Shown piece by piece: positions 26,868-40,443 of a DNA stretch of 64,000 nucleotides (positions are counted from its first letter, which is position 1; every line of letters starts with the position of its first letter). Position numbers and translations under genes: made by a program. The notes beneath the pieces are model-generated. The model did no database searches, was not told the origin of the DNA, and saw only the letters and a program-made list of their open reading frames with translations. The stretch comes from Vicugna vicugna (lineage: Eukaryota): NCBI GenBank assembly GCA_013265495.1, contig MU057403.1:225965-289964 (forward strand), read 5' to 3'.

Positions 26868-27049
26868 AGCAATATGTCTCCAAATACGAGCACTATTAGG
26901 TGTTTAGGGCAGAAAAATTCTTGCAGTGTTAAGACTGTCTGGCATATCACATCTCTGTTCCCTGCCTAATCAATGTCAGCAGTGACTCTGTCACTGTGAC
27001 AACCAAAACCATCCCTAACAGAGCAACACCACCAGGCTGAGAACCACTG
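26868..27049 (-). mobile_element. MER20-like hAT remnant
   Basis: Contains gtgacaaccaaaa and ends gctgagaaccactg. Confidence 0.55.
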
Positions 27050-30000
27050 TGAGACAAAACAGCCCTGTGATTCAGTAGAAAAAGATCTGAGGCTTGACAG
27101 ACCTCATCTATAAAAAGGGGACGCCAATGCTTCCTGCTCGCTGTGTTATTACAATACTCTCAGAATCGTGCCAGGGACTCGGGGACAGTCAACAATGTTA
27201 GTTATAGAAAGCACAAAACGTGTCCTACTCTACTGAGTCACTTTCACAACTTTAGTTTCAAAGCGATTTTAGAGTGACTTGACCTTTACATTTTCATCTT
27301 ACATGCTATGAAAAGTGCTTTACTACAACTTATCACTCAAGGATGTATGTATAACTATATTGTGGAAGGCAGAAGAGACACGTGTATGCATAACTTGTAT
27401 AGCAGGCACACAGTAAAAGATAGGGAACTCAAATCTTTGCTGAACAAAGTGAAAAAAATTTTTAATTAACAGGTAATATAAACCTTCCCTGAATATTGAG
27501 GGAAGTCCGATTTAGAGGATGGCTTTCAAAAATATAAAGACATTACATTAACTATAAAAGAATTTTAATATAAAATGCAAAAAAGATCAGAACTGAAGTG
27601 AATAATAACTCTATAGTCATTGGGCATATTCAAAATGCATGGTCACATCCTAGTCTATGCCACTACCAAAAAAAAAGAAAACCATTTAGAATCTCAATTT
27701 CAAGCATTCCAACTATGACCTTCCGTTTTTCTAACTCACTCACTCTCTTTAGATCTAGCTCTACTTGTTCAGGGAAACTCACCTCTGCTCTAGCTACTCT
27801 GTATCTTTCCCTCTTCTCAGAAAGCACCGACCCTTCTCTACCCGGCACCATTCACGTAGTGCTATCCCTATGCCTGCGGCCTCTGCTTTCAGCTCCTTGC
27901 TTCTTCTCAACTTTAAAATCACAGCATAAATGTTACACCCTGACACCAGTGCTCCCCTGAAAAATCTAAGTAGATCTCCCCTTCTATTGTCCACTAAAAT
28001 ACTCTGTCCACTATCTTCTTAGCCATTATCTGTTTGTTCCTGTCATCCACTGGTAGACTACCACAGCTGATGGCAAAGGCTGTCTTTGCTTTATTCACCA
28101 CTGTATACCCAAAGCTTGATACCCAGCCAGTGTTCCTGTTTGTCAAATAAAAGAAAAACTGATATAAAGAGAATGAAACCAACTGAAGTAATTCTGTGGT
28201 AAGAAAGTAAAAGGGACCTGGAAATTAAGATCACATTTTACAAAAGCAAGCCTTTAATTTTATCCCTGCTGGAACTCTTCTCCTAGTTTAAATCACATTT
28301 TTAAAAAAATCCTAAATATGAATCAGATTTTCATTCGTTAACTAGAAAAGCCTTGAGTACCTAGAGCTGTTATGATGATAAAATAAAATGCATATATGGT
28401 ACTTAAACAAGATCCAGCAGATAATAAGCAGTCAATAAATGTTGGCTATTATTCTTACAAGAACACTTAAAAGATTTTAAAAACCTAAAGCCAGTAAGTT
28501 GAAGATATGATTATTACAAACTATATACTGGAAGAGATCTGGTTTCTCTACCTGATGCTGCCCTTCTAACTTGAAGACGTCTAGGTCAGAGATCACTTTT
28601 CCGTTAAAAAAAATCAGGAATTAATCAATCAACTTCCGGTCAAAGGTCAGCCAGTATTCTGTACTCACAGCCCAGGTCAAGACCAGACAAAATAAAGCCA
28701 GTGAAAATATTTTTAACACACTCGTTCCTAAAGGCTTATATTTTTCACAAAGTATCTGTAATGACTATCATTTTTTCCTTCCAAATCTATACGAATAAAT
28801 CAAAGACACGCTATCTAAATAGATCCCTTACCAAGCAAAGAAAAAACTTCATCATGTTTTCCACCTTCAGTCAACTACATTTTTATCTAAAGCTGAGGAC
28901 AGACAGTTAAGATATAAAATAATAGCACAAATTAACCTGGATGTCAATTATAGAATTTTAATATTTACTTGTTACTGTGGATCTACCCTCATCTATTTTT
29001 TACATATGAGATTATAAACAAATCAATCAAAACTAATAGACAACAGCTATTTATTATGTGAAGACATGTTAAAGAAAACTGCTACTATTATTCTGAAAGT
29101 TCTCTTGATTCTGAACAAACAGACTTTTCAGTCCATCATATGACCTCACTGGCTAGGCATTCTCAGTACTTACTCAGACACTGGAACTGCACACTAAAAA
29201 TCATGTGAATATCTTAGGAAGTCAGAAAACATTTTCAGAATGTTTTTTACAGTTGTAAGTCCAGCATATTCAAACATTTCAGGCGGACAGGATATGTTAA
29301 GAATGAAGTAATTATAAATGTAGAATAGTGTATATAATACGCTAATTGTCAATGAATGTGGAGAAAATATATTAATATTTGAGGGAAGAAACTATGGAAA
29401 GAAACAAAAGAAACTAAGTGGTACCTACAGAGGATGGAGGAGGGAAACAGGGATAGGAGTTAGACTTGTCAATGTTCATCTTTTTAAATTGTTTTAATTT
29501 TTGAGCCATCTGAGTATGTATTTCTGAAACAAAAAAGTATGTATCTCATTTAAGCGTAAGTATTTCTTTAAAACAACAAACATAAATACACACGAATAGG
29601 TGGTTCAAAGAACAGCACAGCAAGATTTTTTGAAAAGAGGAAGAATTAAGGAAGGTTTTCCGAAATACCACTGGAACCATGTTTCTGGGTCATAGTTCTC
29701 TAACTAAATGAAATTTCACAATAATTGGCTCTTTATTTTCCCTTAAAACTTGAGAATATTTTCCAAACGATCACAATGCTACACAACAGATGACTCTTTT
29801 AAAAAAAAAAAGAAAGAAAAATTTTAAAGGGTCAAAAGGATTTTTAAATATTATCTTCTTAGGGAAGAAAAAAGTAAATAACATAAGTTATTTTATTTAT
29901 GCACAAGTAATTCTACAATATATTGCTGGTTATAAATCATTTTGATTAAAAAAAAATCTTACTGAAAAAGAAATGCTTTTCTTAAAGTTCCCTCCACCAC

Positions 30001-30419
30001 CCCAAAATCCATTATCTTAAATAAATCTGTACATTTTATAAAATTACAAACTAACATCGCATGGAAATGCTTTTTTAAAAAATCTAGACCGTTGCCTAGT
30101 ATATAAATAACCTTAGGAATTGCATTCCCATCCATAACTTCCCTCCACTTCCACTTGCCTTGTATCTACATCCACCTCAGGAAAACTCCTGTTCCCTTTT
30201 CCCTCTCACACCAATTACATGTCTCAAGTCTTTTCTAAAGCACACCAGGTATCCAAAGCATCTCACTGACAACCTAAAATACTTTCTAATATTCTTATGC
30301 TACTATCATCAGCAACCCATATCTAAACCTGTGTATCTAGGTTCCTTGACAACATAAACCAGGTCACTATAAATTTTCCATTTAAATAATTATAAAATGA
30401 TGTAAAAGATTAAAAACAA

Positions 30420-30640
30420 ACTAGAAGCGGTCACCAGGTTCTGGGAAGGGGGAGTGGTAAGTTGTTTAACCAGCAGAGTTCAGCTGGGGATGATGAAAAG
30501 TTCTGGAGATGGGATACGGATGACGATGCCACAACAATGTGAATGCACTGAATGCCACAAACTGTACATTTAAAAATGGCTAATGCGTTAAGTTTTATGC
30601 TATATATATTTTACCATAATAAAAATAAGTAAATAAATGA
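30420..30640 (+). mobile_element. L1MB-like 3' end
   Basis: gatgatgaaaagttctggagatgg...acaacaatgtgaatgcactgaatgccac...aataaaaa. Confidence 0.75.
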
Positions 30641-30648
30641 TATATTAG

Positions 30649-31195
30649 TGTAACAGAAAGCAACAAATCTGACTCCACATGGAGCTGTTGCTTTGGCTTT
30701 AACCCTGAGCCCTGTTTCCTAGGCTTAGTCTTGCTAGCTCTGCACCTGTTGTAAAAGAATGTTGCCTGTAGCCTGAAGTATACAGGAGAGGCTATTCTCA
30801 AGGCTCTGATCTTGAAGGATATTAACACTTTTGTACTTCTATAAAGATAATAAGTTGCATAATAGAAAACAACATTTGTTGTGTTAGAGGTTTCACAGGG
30901 GCACCATGACCTCACCAAAGTGGACAGCTGAAGAAGAAAGGATTCCAAGAACAAAGAATTCCTACACCAAGAAGTTTGCAACAACCTACCACATCCTCCC
31001 TCCTCCCTCCACCATTTGTAGTATAAAAGGAGCCTGAATTCTGACTTGGGGAAGAGGGTTCTCCAGGACGTTAGTCTGCCATCTTCTCAGTCTGCCAGCT
31101 TTCCGAGTAAAGTCGCTATTCCTTGCCCCAACACCTCATCTCCCGATTTATTGACCTGTCGTGTGGTGAGCAGAACAAGTTTGGACTCGGTAACA
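30649..31195 (+). mobile_element. Solo LTR (ERV1-type), 547 bp
   Basis: TG...CA termini (tgtaaca...gtaaca); 4-bp TSD ttag at 30645-30648 and 31196-31199; TATAAAA at 31022; AGTAAA at 31106. Confidence 0.85.
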
Positions 31196-32157
31196 TTAGG
31201 AACTCTACCACAAGTATCCCACAGTTTACTGCTCACTTGAAAAGAACCTTAATAGTTTTCTATTACTAAGCTGACCTGAGAATACAGAACCCAATTCCGT
31301 AATAGTTATTCTTAGGCATGCAGGCACAACACCAAGGGCTCACAAATTCAGGGGCCCACAAAAATGTTTTAATTTCTTTTAAAATAACAAAAAGATGAAC
31401 TTTTAGATCAAAGAAAATGTTTTAATGACTAATAGTACATTTACTTTTATAGCAATGCAGTCATAAAATATTTTACTATTTTTTTAATGGAGAAAAGGAC
31501 CCAGGAAGAAAAAAGTGCACAGGGCCCATGCAAGTAGGAATGCGGCCCTGATGCTTATCACGTCCTACTATGAAATTATCAAGGTACAGCAAGAACGAGA
31601 AAATACTACTAGACATGTACATAAACATTATTTTTAGAGAAAAATCACAGACATGAGTGAATTTTGTGGGTTTGATTTTTTTTTTAAACCCAGGAATATC
31701 AGAATGGTATCTCACTTATATACAATACTTTTCAAACAATTCTTTATTAATATGAACTATAAAGAGATATCATATTTACATAAACAAATCAATGCTGGAA
31801 ATTAACTTCAGAATTTAAAGGAACTGAAGAGCAAGAACTTCCAAGGAAGAAAAAATTAGTGGAAGGAAAAAAAGGAAAGAGGAAAGGAAAAAATATTAAA
31901 AATAGAACCACCTCTCATTTAAATTAGCAAAGTTGAAAAGATTTATTAAGGAAATTTAGACTTAGCATAATGTCAATTAAAATCTCCAATGGATAATGAA
32001 ATATTAAGGAAAATATTGAGTATGTTGTCTAAAGTAAATTTGAAAAAGTAAAAAATGAGCATGTAGCTAAACCTAATGATACTAGATAATGACAAAAAAC
32101 AAATAGAAAATAATTTTTTAAAGCTACAAATAAGTACATTTTCAATATATAAGGAGA

Positions 32158-32475
32158 GCATGGATGGAAACTTCAGGTCATTATGCTAAGTGAAATAAGT
32201 CAGAATGAGAAAGACAAATGCTATATGATCTCACTGATATGTGGAATCTAATAGAATCTAACTCACAGAAACAGAGAACAGATTGGTGGTTGCCAGACGG
32301 GGGAGGGTGGGGGGTGGGCAAAATCAATAAAAGGGGTCAAAAGGTACAAACTCCCAGTTAAAAAATAAGTTCTGAGGATTATGTACAGCATGGAGATGAT
32401 AGTTACAATACTTTATTGTATATCTGAAAGTTGCTGAGAGAGTAGATCTTGAGTTCTCATCACAAGAAAAAAAAA
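32158..32475 (+). mobile_element. L1MA-like 3'UTR fragment
   Basis: attatgctaagtgaaataagtcag...tgaaagttgctgagagagtagatcttgagttctcatcacaagaaaa. Confidence 0.8.
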
Positions 32476-35029
32476 TAGGGAAAATGTAACAAATTATTGT
32501 TTCTAGTATAAGAATGTTAACTGAAGAAAAACAAACTGATTTATTTACCTACATTATATATCATACAGGATTTTTAGGTGGGTTACAAATTTACTTTTCA
32601 ACCAGAAAAATATGGAATATTTCTAGTAATGAAAAGGAGTTTGTCTCTTCATCTCAAGCAACTAACTTAATTATTTTAAAATATCTACAAAGTGAAGAAC
32701 AGCAAACCAAAGACAAAAAGAAAAGTGACAGTGAAAAAAGAGAGAAGGGCCCTTACAACTGGAAAGCTATATAAAAGTTTTATCTCCAAATTATACAGGG
32801 ATGGAGCTAGGTCAGTAAGCTAGTCCTCAACAGACAAACTGTCATAAAATAGCACTCTCCTCAGAAAAGGACAAAGGTGCACCCATTTAACCATGTGCCA
32901 GACACCACTATAAACACTTTATATATATATATATTTTGACTAATCTCACACTCAAAACAAGCCCCTATGTAAAAGAGACTATTTTTATTCTTCTGTAGCA
33001 AACTAGAAAAGTTAAGTTACTATTTACCCAACATGACACAGCTAAACAGTCAAGAGCTAGGATCTGAACCCAGGTGGCCTCAATCCAGAGTCCACACTCT
33101 CAACCACTAAGGTATTTACTTTTCCCTGTACAACAAAAACTCATAGGACTTCCAGCCTACCAATCCAAGTAGACTAGATATACATAAATTGCTATTATAC
33201 AAGACAAAACACAAACAAGAATGGTTTTGATAGAGTGCTTTGAGGATCCAGATTATCAGTAATGATTTTCAGTAACGGGGATAAGGAAAGGCTCTGTGGA
33301 AGAAATAATACCCATTGCGGGTCTGGAGGGATATGAGACAGAGACAGGGAATGGGAGAAGAGAATATTCCACACTGAAGGTACAAAATGACCAAAAAACA
33401 TTAAAATTAGGCAGAAAAGCACTGGCAACTCAAATATGAGTTGAAAAGAATGGCATTTACAGAAGAAGTAAATGAAGAACAAGTGATTCAGAGGCCAAAG
33501 GAGATTACTAGACTTAGCTCAGCACGGAAGGTACAGGTGTAACACGGTCAGAGTTGTTATGTGGCAACTGGCTCTAAGAGACGGACAGAAAAAAGGCAGA
33601 AGCAGAAGGAAATACCAACGGGTTAATGCACTAGTCTAGGTACGGTTAAGGATGTCTCCAGTCAACTGGGGCCAAGAGAAAAGCAAAAAAGGAACAGACA
33701 CACAGCACACAGTAGCTACTCAAACTTCAATTAAATTAGGGAACTAAGCAGGCAGGAAAGAACAAGACTGCATACACTAAAATGTGTATTCATCAAAGGG
33801 GACGGGTGAGCCACATGTGGAAACCACAGTTTCGGGAACCTGCCAAGGGGAGTGCGTTACAAGCTAAACGGGCTCAAGTGAAGGGGCAGAAAGGCTCTGA
33901 GGACAAAGGGCCCTGCCTGGTGTGACCGTGTTCAAGAACTTAACTAAGGAGATTGCACAGCATCAACACCGTGAGAGACATGATGGTGGTGAGCTGATAG
34001 AATTTAGTAAGAAACTAATTGCAGAGATGAGCCTGAGGTTTCAAGTGCAAATGAAAGAATAACCTTGTCAGTAACAGAGACAAGGAAGACGGGAAACAAA
34101 GGAGGGAACATGGGTTTAAAGCCAAGAGACATGAGTTCAGGTTCCTGGAAGATGAGACCGAGGCTTACATAGCATGATGTTAGAAACGGTGCTGCATCCA
34201 CAGGACCAGTGCTTGGGTAAGAGAATGAGAGTTGAAAATACAGGTGTCACTCACATAAAGACACCCAGAAGCTGTGAGATTTACAGAGAAAAAAAAATGT
34301 TAGGGAAAAAAAATGGATCAAAGCAACATGAGGAACTACCTGTATTTAGAAGGGAAGGAAGAAGAGCCAGAGAAGGCACTGTCAGAGGGTTCAGATTCCC
34401 ACCAGAAGAACCAAGTATGCTACAGCAGTGCTTCTGAACATTCCTCATAAGGAAGTACAAAAATGAGACAATAATTTGTGTGGCACAAAGGGGTGAATGT
34501 GGCTATTAATAACTGGATGCTATTAGCCCAGGAATTAAAGAAACCGTTCATGTGTGTATCAGTTAATCCCCTCACTGCACTGTTTGCAAAGCCCTGTATT
34601 ACCAAAAAGTCTGTATCCCAGGAAGTATACAGTTTCCATTTTCCTAAAAATGTCTCTCTTTCAATAGTCACTGATTAGCTGGGTGGAACAGGCAGATGTG
34701 ACAAAGAAGAAACGAACTCAGAAATTACCAGAAAAACTGGTGACTGAGAGATCATTGATGACTTTAAAAATCAGTGGGAAAAGCTAGATTTGGGGAGGCA
34801 AACATGGACAAGGGTGAATAATTACAGTATCAACACTGTTCCCAGTCATGCTACTTCTGGTTATAAGGAGTAACCTAAATGGGGTGATTCCTCCAATCTT
34901 GCCTGAGAAAACATTCTCTTTCTAAACTGAATTGTGACTGCAATATGCTTTACCTTCTAATGCTTGGTTTATTCATGTTAATAAAAGGGAAGAATAAATA
35001 AAAATGCTTTGAAACTTCGAAACACTTAC

Positions 35030-35114
35030 CCAGTGCGAGACTGACCGACTTTATCACAAATATCCAAAATGAGGCCCCAATCCTCAGCAGTATTCATCTC
35101 ACTGGTTGCTTTCT
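35030..35114 (-). CDS. STAM: STAM exon 2 (85 nt, VHS domain, [29 protein letters not shown])
   Basis: atgtag| acceptor, |gtaagt donor, phase continuous with exon 1. Confidence 0.97.
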
Positions 35115-38099
35115 CTACATATTATAAAAAGAAATCACAGAAATGTTATTGTTTTTATTTTAAGAGGTAAATGATCACATTCAAATTATCAAACTGTAGT
35201 GTAATCAAATATCAACAATCAGAATAGCTGTCAGTGTTTGCTTAATGAAATATTTAAATCCATCTTTAAAAGGCAGTAGGGCACCTTTAGTACCTATCAC
35301 AATTATTTTCCCCATTCACACTTCATTTGTTACTTAGCATAAAAAAATAGGCCATTGATTTTTTTCCTTATAAACTCATACACATACACATGCACAAACA
35401 CACCAACGCACACACACACACACAGAGGTCTATCCCTTTCTGCATATACAAAGATTAAAATAAGGAATATTTTCCTTGTCAAATAATTCTTAGCTTTAGT
35501 TGCCAGCAGAAGAACATGACTAAGTACAGATCTCTATCAAAATGTTTCAGGTAATCAAATTAGTTAATTATCTAGTTTTGTTGATTTTGGTTTCTAAGAA
35601 GGGGGGTGGGGAAACCAAATCCAGCTTTAATTGAATATTTTCCCTTAAATAAAAACTTGACAAGTTCAAAACAACAGAGGTATGGCAGACTGAACCAAAT
35701 CATCTAATTTAGCTCCCTTTCTTAATTACAATAAAGGTATTTTTTTTAAGACAAACACACAAGGATAAGGAAAACATAAGAAGCAATAACACCAACAATA
35801 TCTCAAAAGCTATAGGACAATATAGATACATTGCAAACTACTTAGAAAGTAGATCTAAGAAAGGTGAATCACATATTGGCAGTAAGAAAAAAAAAAAGAA
35901 GCTTAAGGAAAAAAAAGCTTAAGAACCAGCATCAGAAAATTCAAGCACTGGTAGCAGAAAAAATGCCTGTGATTGAGAATGAAGTAGAAAAGAGGATTTC
36001 AAGGTAGCAAAAGGGGTTAATGCTGTCTGAAAGGTGGGTAGTCCCTACTTTGCTTCCTTACTCAAGGGCTCTAATAACCATCTCTCACCTTCTGAGCAAA
36101 TGAGTGATGGTTTACTTTCTAGAGGTAAAGCAAATTTTTTCTAGACAAGGAGACACCACGTACAGTTGAGACTTAGGCACCAAAAACAGGGAATTACTTC
36201 CATTTTCTAGTGCAGCATGTAAGGGGCTTGGAAGTTATCACTTCACCCTAACGAGTAAAATGCTAAATAAACAAAGTGAAAAATCAACAACTCTTCTTAG
36301 ATCCGTCAGAAGTGAGGTCACAGGGCAAACTGCTGCCCTCAAAATTAGATATACAGACAGGTGGATACACAGAATCACAACTTAACAGAGCAGAAACCCA
36401 GGAACAAGTACTGGGTACAAAACTGTGTACTGAAACTGACAAACTGCTGGAGGGTAAGTGTGCACAAGTCTGAGTCACAACTCCAGAGATGCCTAGACAT
36501 GGGGGAGTCCCAACACTTCTGTGTGTTTAACTTCCATGGGCTCTCCCAGTTTCTCAAGAATACCACAGAAAATTTTCCCTATTTTTCCACTGGGAGGGAA
36601 ACAGTAACTATCTTTAAATATGCCAGAGCATTCTCTTCTTAACAAGGTCTACTCTCAAAAGAAATTATTTTACCAGCACCTAACCAACTAGGGTTTCACC
36701 AGAGATTAACTCACCTGGGGAAAGGGAAATTCCCAACTCCAGCCTGCTCTAGCCATCCAGGTGGGAGAAGGGGAATATCCAACTCTAGCCCACTCTAGCC
36801 ATCTTGTCCCACCTAAGAGAGTCTGGGGGATGGACACTGAGAAGCTCATGAGAAATTCACACCCCAGGGTCAGAGGCTCACTGAAAGCCTGAGACCCAGT
36901 CACGGGGTTATAGATAACTTACCATCACACCACTAAAGGCTGGTGTTCCTTTTATCCAAGACATCATATGCATCTCTCAGCAAGCCACACCAAAAGGCAA
37001 AGACCACAGTTGGAAGAGACAGAGCTAGCATCGGAACCAGACTCAGACGTGCCAGGGATGTTGAAATTATCAGACCAGGAATTTTAAAAACTATCATTGA
37101 TATCATTGATATGCTAAGAACGCTAATGGAAAAAGTAGATAATATGCAAGAACCAAAGAACTATGTAAGCAGAGAGATGCAAATTCTAAAAAATAATAAA
37201 AAAAAATACCAGAGATCAAAAATAGATAACAGAAATGAATGCCTCTGATGGGCTTGTCAGCAGTCTGGACACAGCTGAGGCAAGAATCTCTGAGTATGAG
37301 GATATGTTAATAGGAACTTCCAAAACTGAAAAGCAAGGAGAAAAAAATGACTGGGGAAAAAAAAATTGGAACAGATTACCCAAGAAATGTATAAGAGTTG
37401 TTACAAAGGCATAATTGGAATAGCTGAAAAGAAAAAGAGAGAAGAAAGAAATATTTGAAGCAAAAATTATTCAGAATTTCCTCAAATTAATGTTAAGACA
37501 CCAAACCACAGGTCCAGGAAGCTCCAAGAACACCAAGCATAATACATGTCAAAAAAAAAAAAAAGAACAAAACCAAAAACAAAAAAATCCCAAAGCCCTC
37601 TACACCTTGGCATATGTTATTCAAACTGCAGAAGATCAAAGATAAAGGAAAAATTAAAAAGGAGCCAGAAGAAAAAAGCCCCTACCTATTCAGTAGTAAA
37701 CATAACAATTACATGACATCTCAGAAACCATGAAAGCAAGAAAAGAATGAAATGAAATGGTGTCGAGGAAAAAATATAACCAACAATCTAGGATTACATA
37801 TTCTGTGAAAGGAGAAATAAAGACTTCTCAAAAAAAAAATTTGAGGATATTTGCTGCCAGTAGACTGGCCTTGCAAGAAATGTTTTTAAAAGTTCTCCAG
37901 GGAGAAGATATAGGAAATATGTATATATGTGTATGTGTGTGTGGTGTGTGCAGGTGTGTGTGTAAGTGAAATGAATCACAGCAAGGACACCAGGAAGAAG
38001 AGAGAAGAACTAGGAATAAGAATATTTTATGATTAGAGGTGACTGTACTACCAGGGAAGTGGTGGAATGTTATTTGAAAGTGTACTCGGACTAGTTGTA

Positions 38100-38223
38100 G
38101 GCGGGCAAGGGTATAGTTCAGTGGTAGAGCATGTGCTTAGCATGCATGAGGTCTTGGGTTCAATCCCCAGTACCTCTAGTAAAATAAACAAACCAACCAA
38201 CCTAATTAACCCCTCCCCAAAAA
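38100..38223 (+). mobile_element. Vic-1-like SINE nested in L1
   Basis: gggtatagttcagtggtagagcatgtgcttagcatgcatgaggtcttgggttcaatccccagtacc, with A and B boxes. Confidence 0.88.
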
Positions 38224-39599
38224 TGTATATTATAAACTCTAGGGCAACCACTGGAAGTAGTAATATCTATATAACTGATACACTAAAAAAGAGAGAAAAT
38301 GGAACCATATAAAATGTTCAATTAAACCACAAAAGGTAGGAGAAAAAGTGTAAGAAAAAACAGGAACAAAGAAGGGTACAACTAGAAAACCGTAACAGAT
38401 ATGGTAGATATTAATCCAACAATATCAATAATCACTTTAAATATTAATGGTCTAAATACACAGATTGCCAGAGTGATCAAAAAATGAGATCCAATTATAT
38501 GTCAACTATAAGAACTGATTTTAAAGACACATATAGATTAAAAGCAAATGGATGGAGGAAGATATACCACGCTAACAGTAATGAAAAGGAAGTAAGAGTA
38601 GCTATACTAATTTCAGACAGAGCCAATCTTGGAGTAAGGAAAATTATCAGGGATAGAGGCATTACATAATAGTAAAGGGGTCAATTCTTCCGGAAGACAA
38701 CAATCCTTAACATGTGTGCCTAACTACAAGAGTCTCAAAATAACTGACACAAAAATTACTGGAATTGCAAAGAGAAACAGATGAATACACTGGAGATTTC
38801 AACACGTCTCTCTCAGAAATGGACAGTTCCAATAGGCAGAAAATCAGTCAGGACAGAGCTGAACTCAACAACACCATCAATGAACTGGATATAATTGGAA
38901 TCTGTAGACCACTCCATCCAAAAATAGCAGAACACATTTTTATCAAGCTCACATGGAACATTCACCAAAACAGATCATATTCTGGGCTATAATGCACACC
39001 ACAACAAATTTTAAAAACTAGAAATCAAACATGTCTGTTCACAGGCTACAGTGGAATTAAACTAGAAACTGTTAACGAGATAGATGGGAAATCCCAAAAT
39101 ATGTGATCAAATAACACACTTCCAAGTAACACACAGATGAAAAAAAAAAAGAGAAATTTTAAAATATTATGAACTGAACAAAAATGAAAGTACAACCCAT
39201 CAAAATTTGTAGGAGGCATTTGATATCAGTGCTGAATACATACGTTAGAAAATTATGGGAAATCTGAATACATACTTTAGAAAAGATCTAAAATCACTAA
39301 TATAAACTTCCCCCTTAGGAAACTAGAAGAGGAACTTAAATTCAAAAAAAGGAGAATAAAAAAATTAGAATAAAAATCAATGAAATTGAAAACAGAATTA
39401 GAGAAAAATCAGTACAACCAAAAAGCTTGTTGTTTGGAAGGACCAATAAAATCGGTAGGCAGGCTAACAAAAAAAAAAAAAAAGAGAGAGAGAGAGAAAA
39501 CACAAATCATTAATATCAGAAATGAAAGAGGAGAACTCACTACAGATTTCACGGACATAAAAAAGATATTAAATAAATGTTACCATGAGTTAATAATAC

Positions 39600-39840
39600 T
39601 GAGACGGTCATGGGAGCCTTTAAATTATAGCCAGTCAGTCAGAAGCCCAGGTAACATCCTGAACTGTCACGTGAAGTGGGGAGTGAGGGCAGTCTTCTGG
39701 GACTAAGCCCTTCGCCTGTGGAATCTGACACTATCTCTAGGTAGGTAGAGAGGGTCAGAACTGAGCTAAATACATATGTGGGACATCGAGGCAGTGTTCA
39801 CTGAAAATCGGAGAACTGCTTGATGGTGTTGGAAAGAAAC
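39600..39840 (+). mobile_element. MER21-like LTR fragment nested in L1 ORF2
   Basis: tagccagtcagtcagaag...ggcagtcttctgggactaagccc...tgtggaatctgacactatctctaggtag; L1 ORF2 resumes after it. Confidence 0.6.
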
Positions 39841-40316
39841 ATAAAATCATGAACAACTCTATGCCCACAAATTTTGATAACCTAGATAAAATGAACCAAG
39901 TCCTCAAAAGACACATCTACCAAAACACAAACAAGAAAAAAATGGACAATCTGAAGAGGCCTGCATCTATTAAAGCAATTGAATGAGTAATTAATAACCT
40001 TCCAGAACAGAAAGCACCAGGCACAGACAGGTTAATGGTGAGTTCCACCAAACATTTAAGGATGAAATTATACCAATTCTCTACCAGCTCATCCAGAAGA
40101 CAGAAGCAGAGGGAATATTCTAAACTCGTTCTATGAGAACCCTATTACTAACGCCAAAGTCATTAGTAGAAAAGAAAGCTACAAATCAGTATCTCTCATG
40201 AAAACAGATGCAAAAATCCTCAACAAAATATTAGCAAGTTAAATGCAACACGGAAGAGAGCAACTAAGAAACAAGAGCCTGTGTAAGAGGAAAAACACTT
40301 CAAAAAGAAGTAATTG

Positions 40317-40443
40317 GGGGGGGAGGCAGGGTGTAGCTCAGTGGCAGAGTGCATGCTTAGCACGCACAAGGTCCTGAGTTCAATCCCCAGTACCTCCACC
40401 AAAAAAATAAACAACTAAATAAACTTAATTACTACCTCTCCCC
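40317..40443 (+). mobile_element. Vic-1-like SINE with TSD
   Basis: tRNA-like head; 16-bp TSD caaaaagaagtaa(t/c)tg at 40301-40316 and 40444-40459. Confidence 0.92.

Larger units (their letters stand above)
36200..40250 (+). mobile_element. Old L1 (5'UTR, ORF1, ORF2 endonuclease to start of RT), degraded, with nested insertions
   Basis: ORF remnants DTYRLKANGWRKIYHANSNEK, GDFNTSLSEMDSSNRQKIS, LMEKVDNMQE; many stops and frameshifts. Confidence 0.9.

Noticed and set aside
38100..38180. tRNA-Ala(AGC)-like sequences here and at five other sites
   Set aside because: They carry a shared SINE tail, TSDs and stem mismatches, so they are SINEs rather than tRNA genes.
36943..39706. ORFs resembling L1 ORF1 and endonuclease as an active element or domesticated gene
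   Set aside because: Broken by stops, frameshifts and nested insertions.
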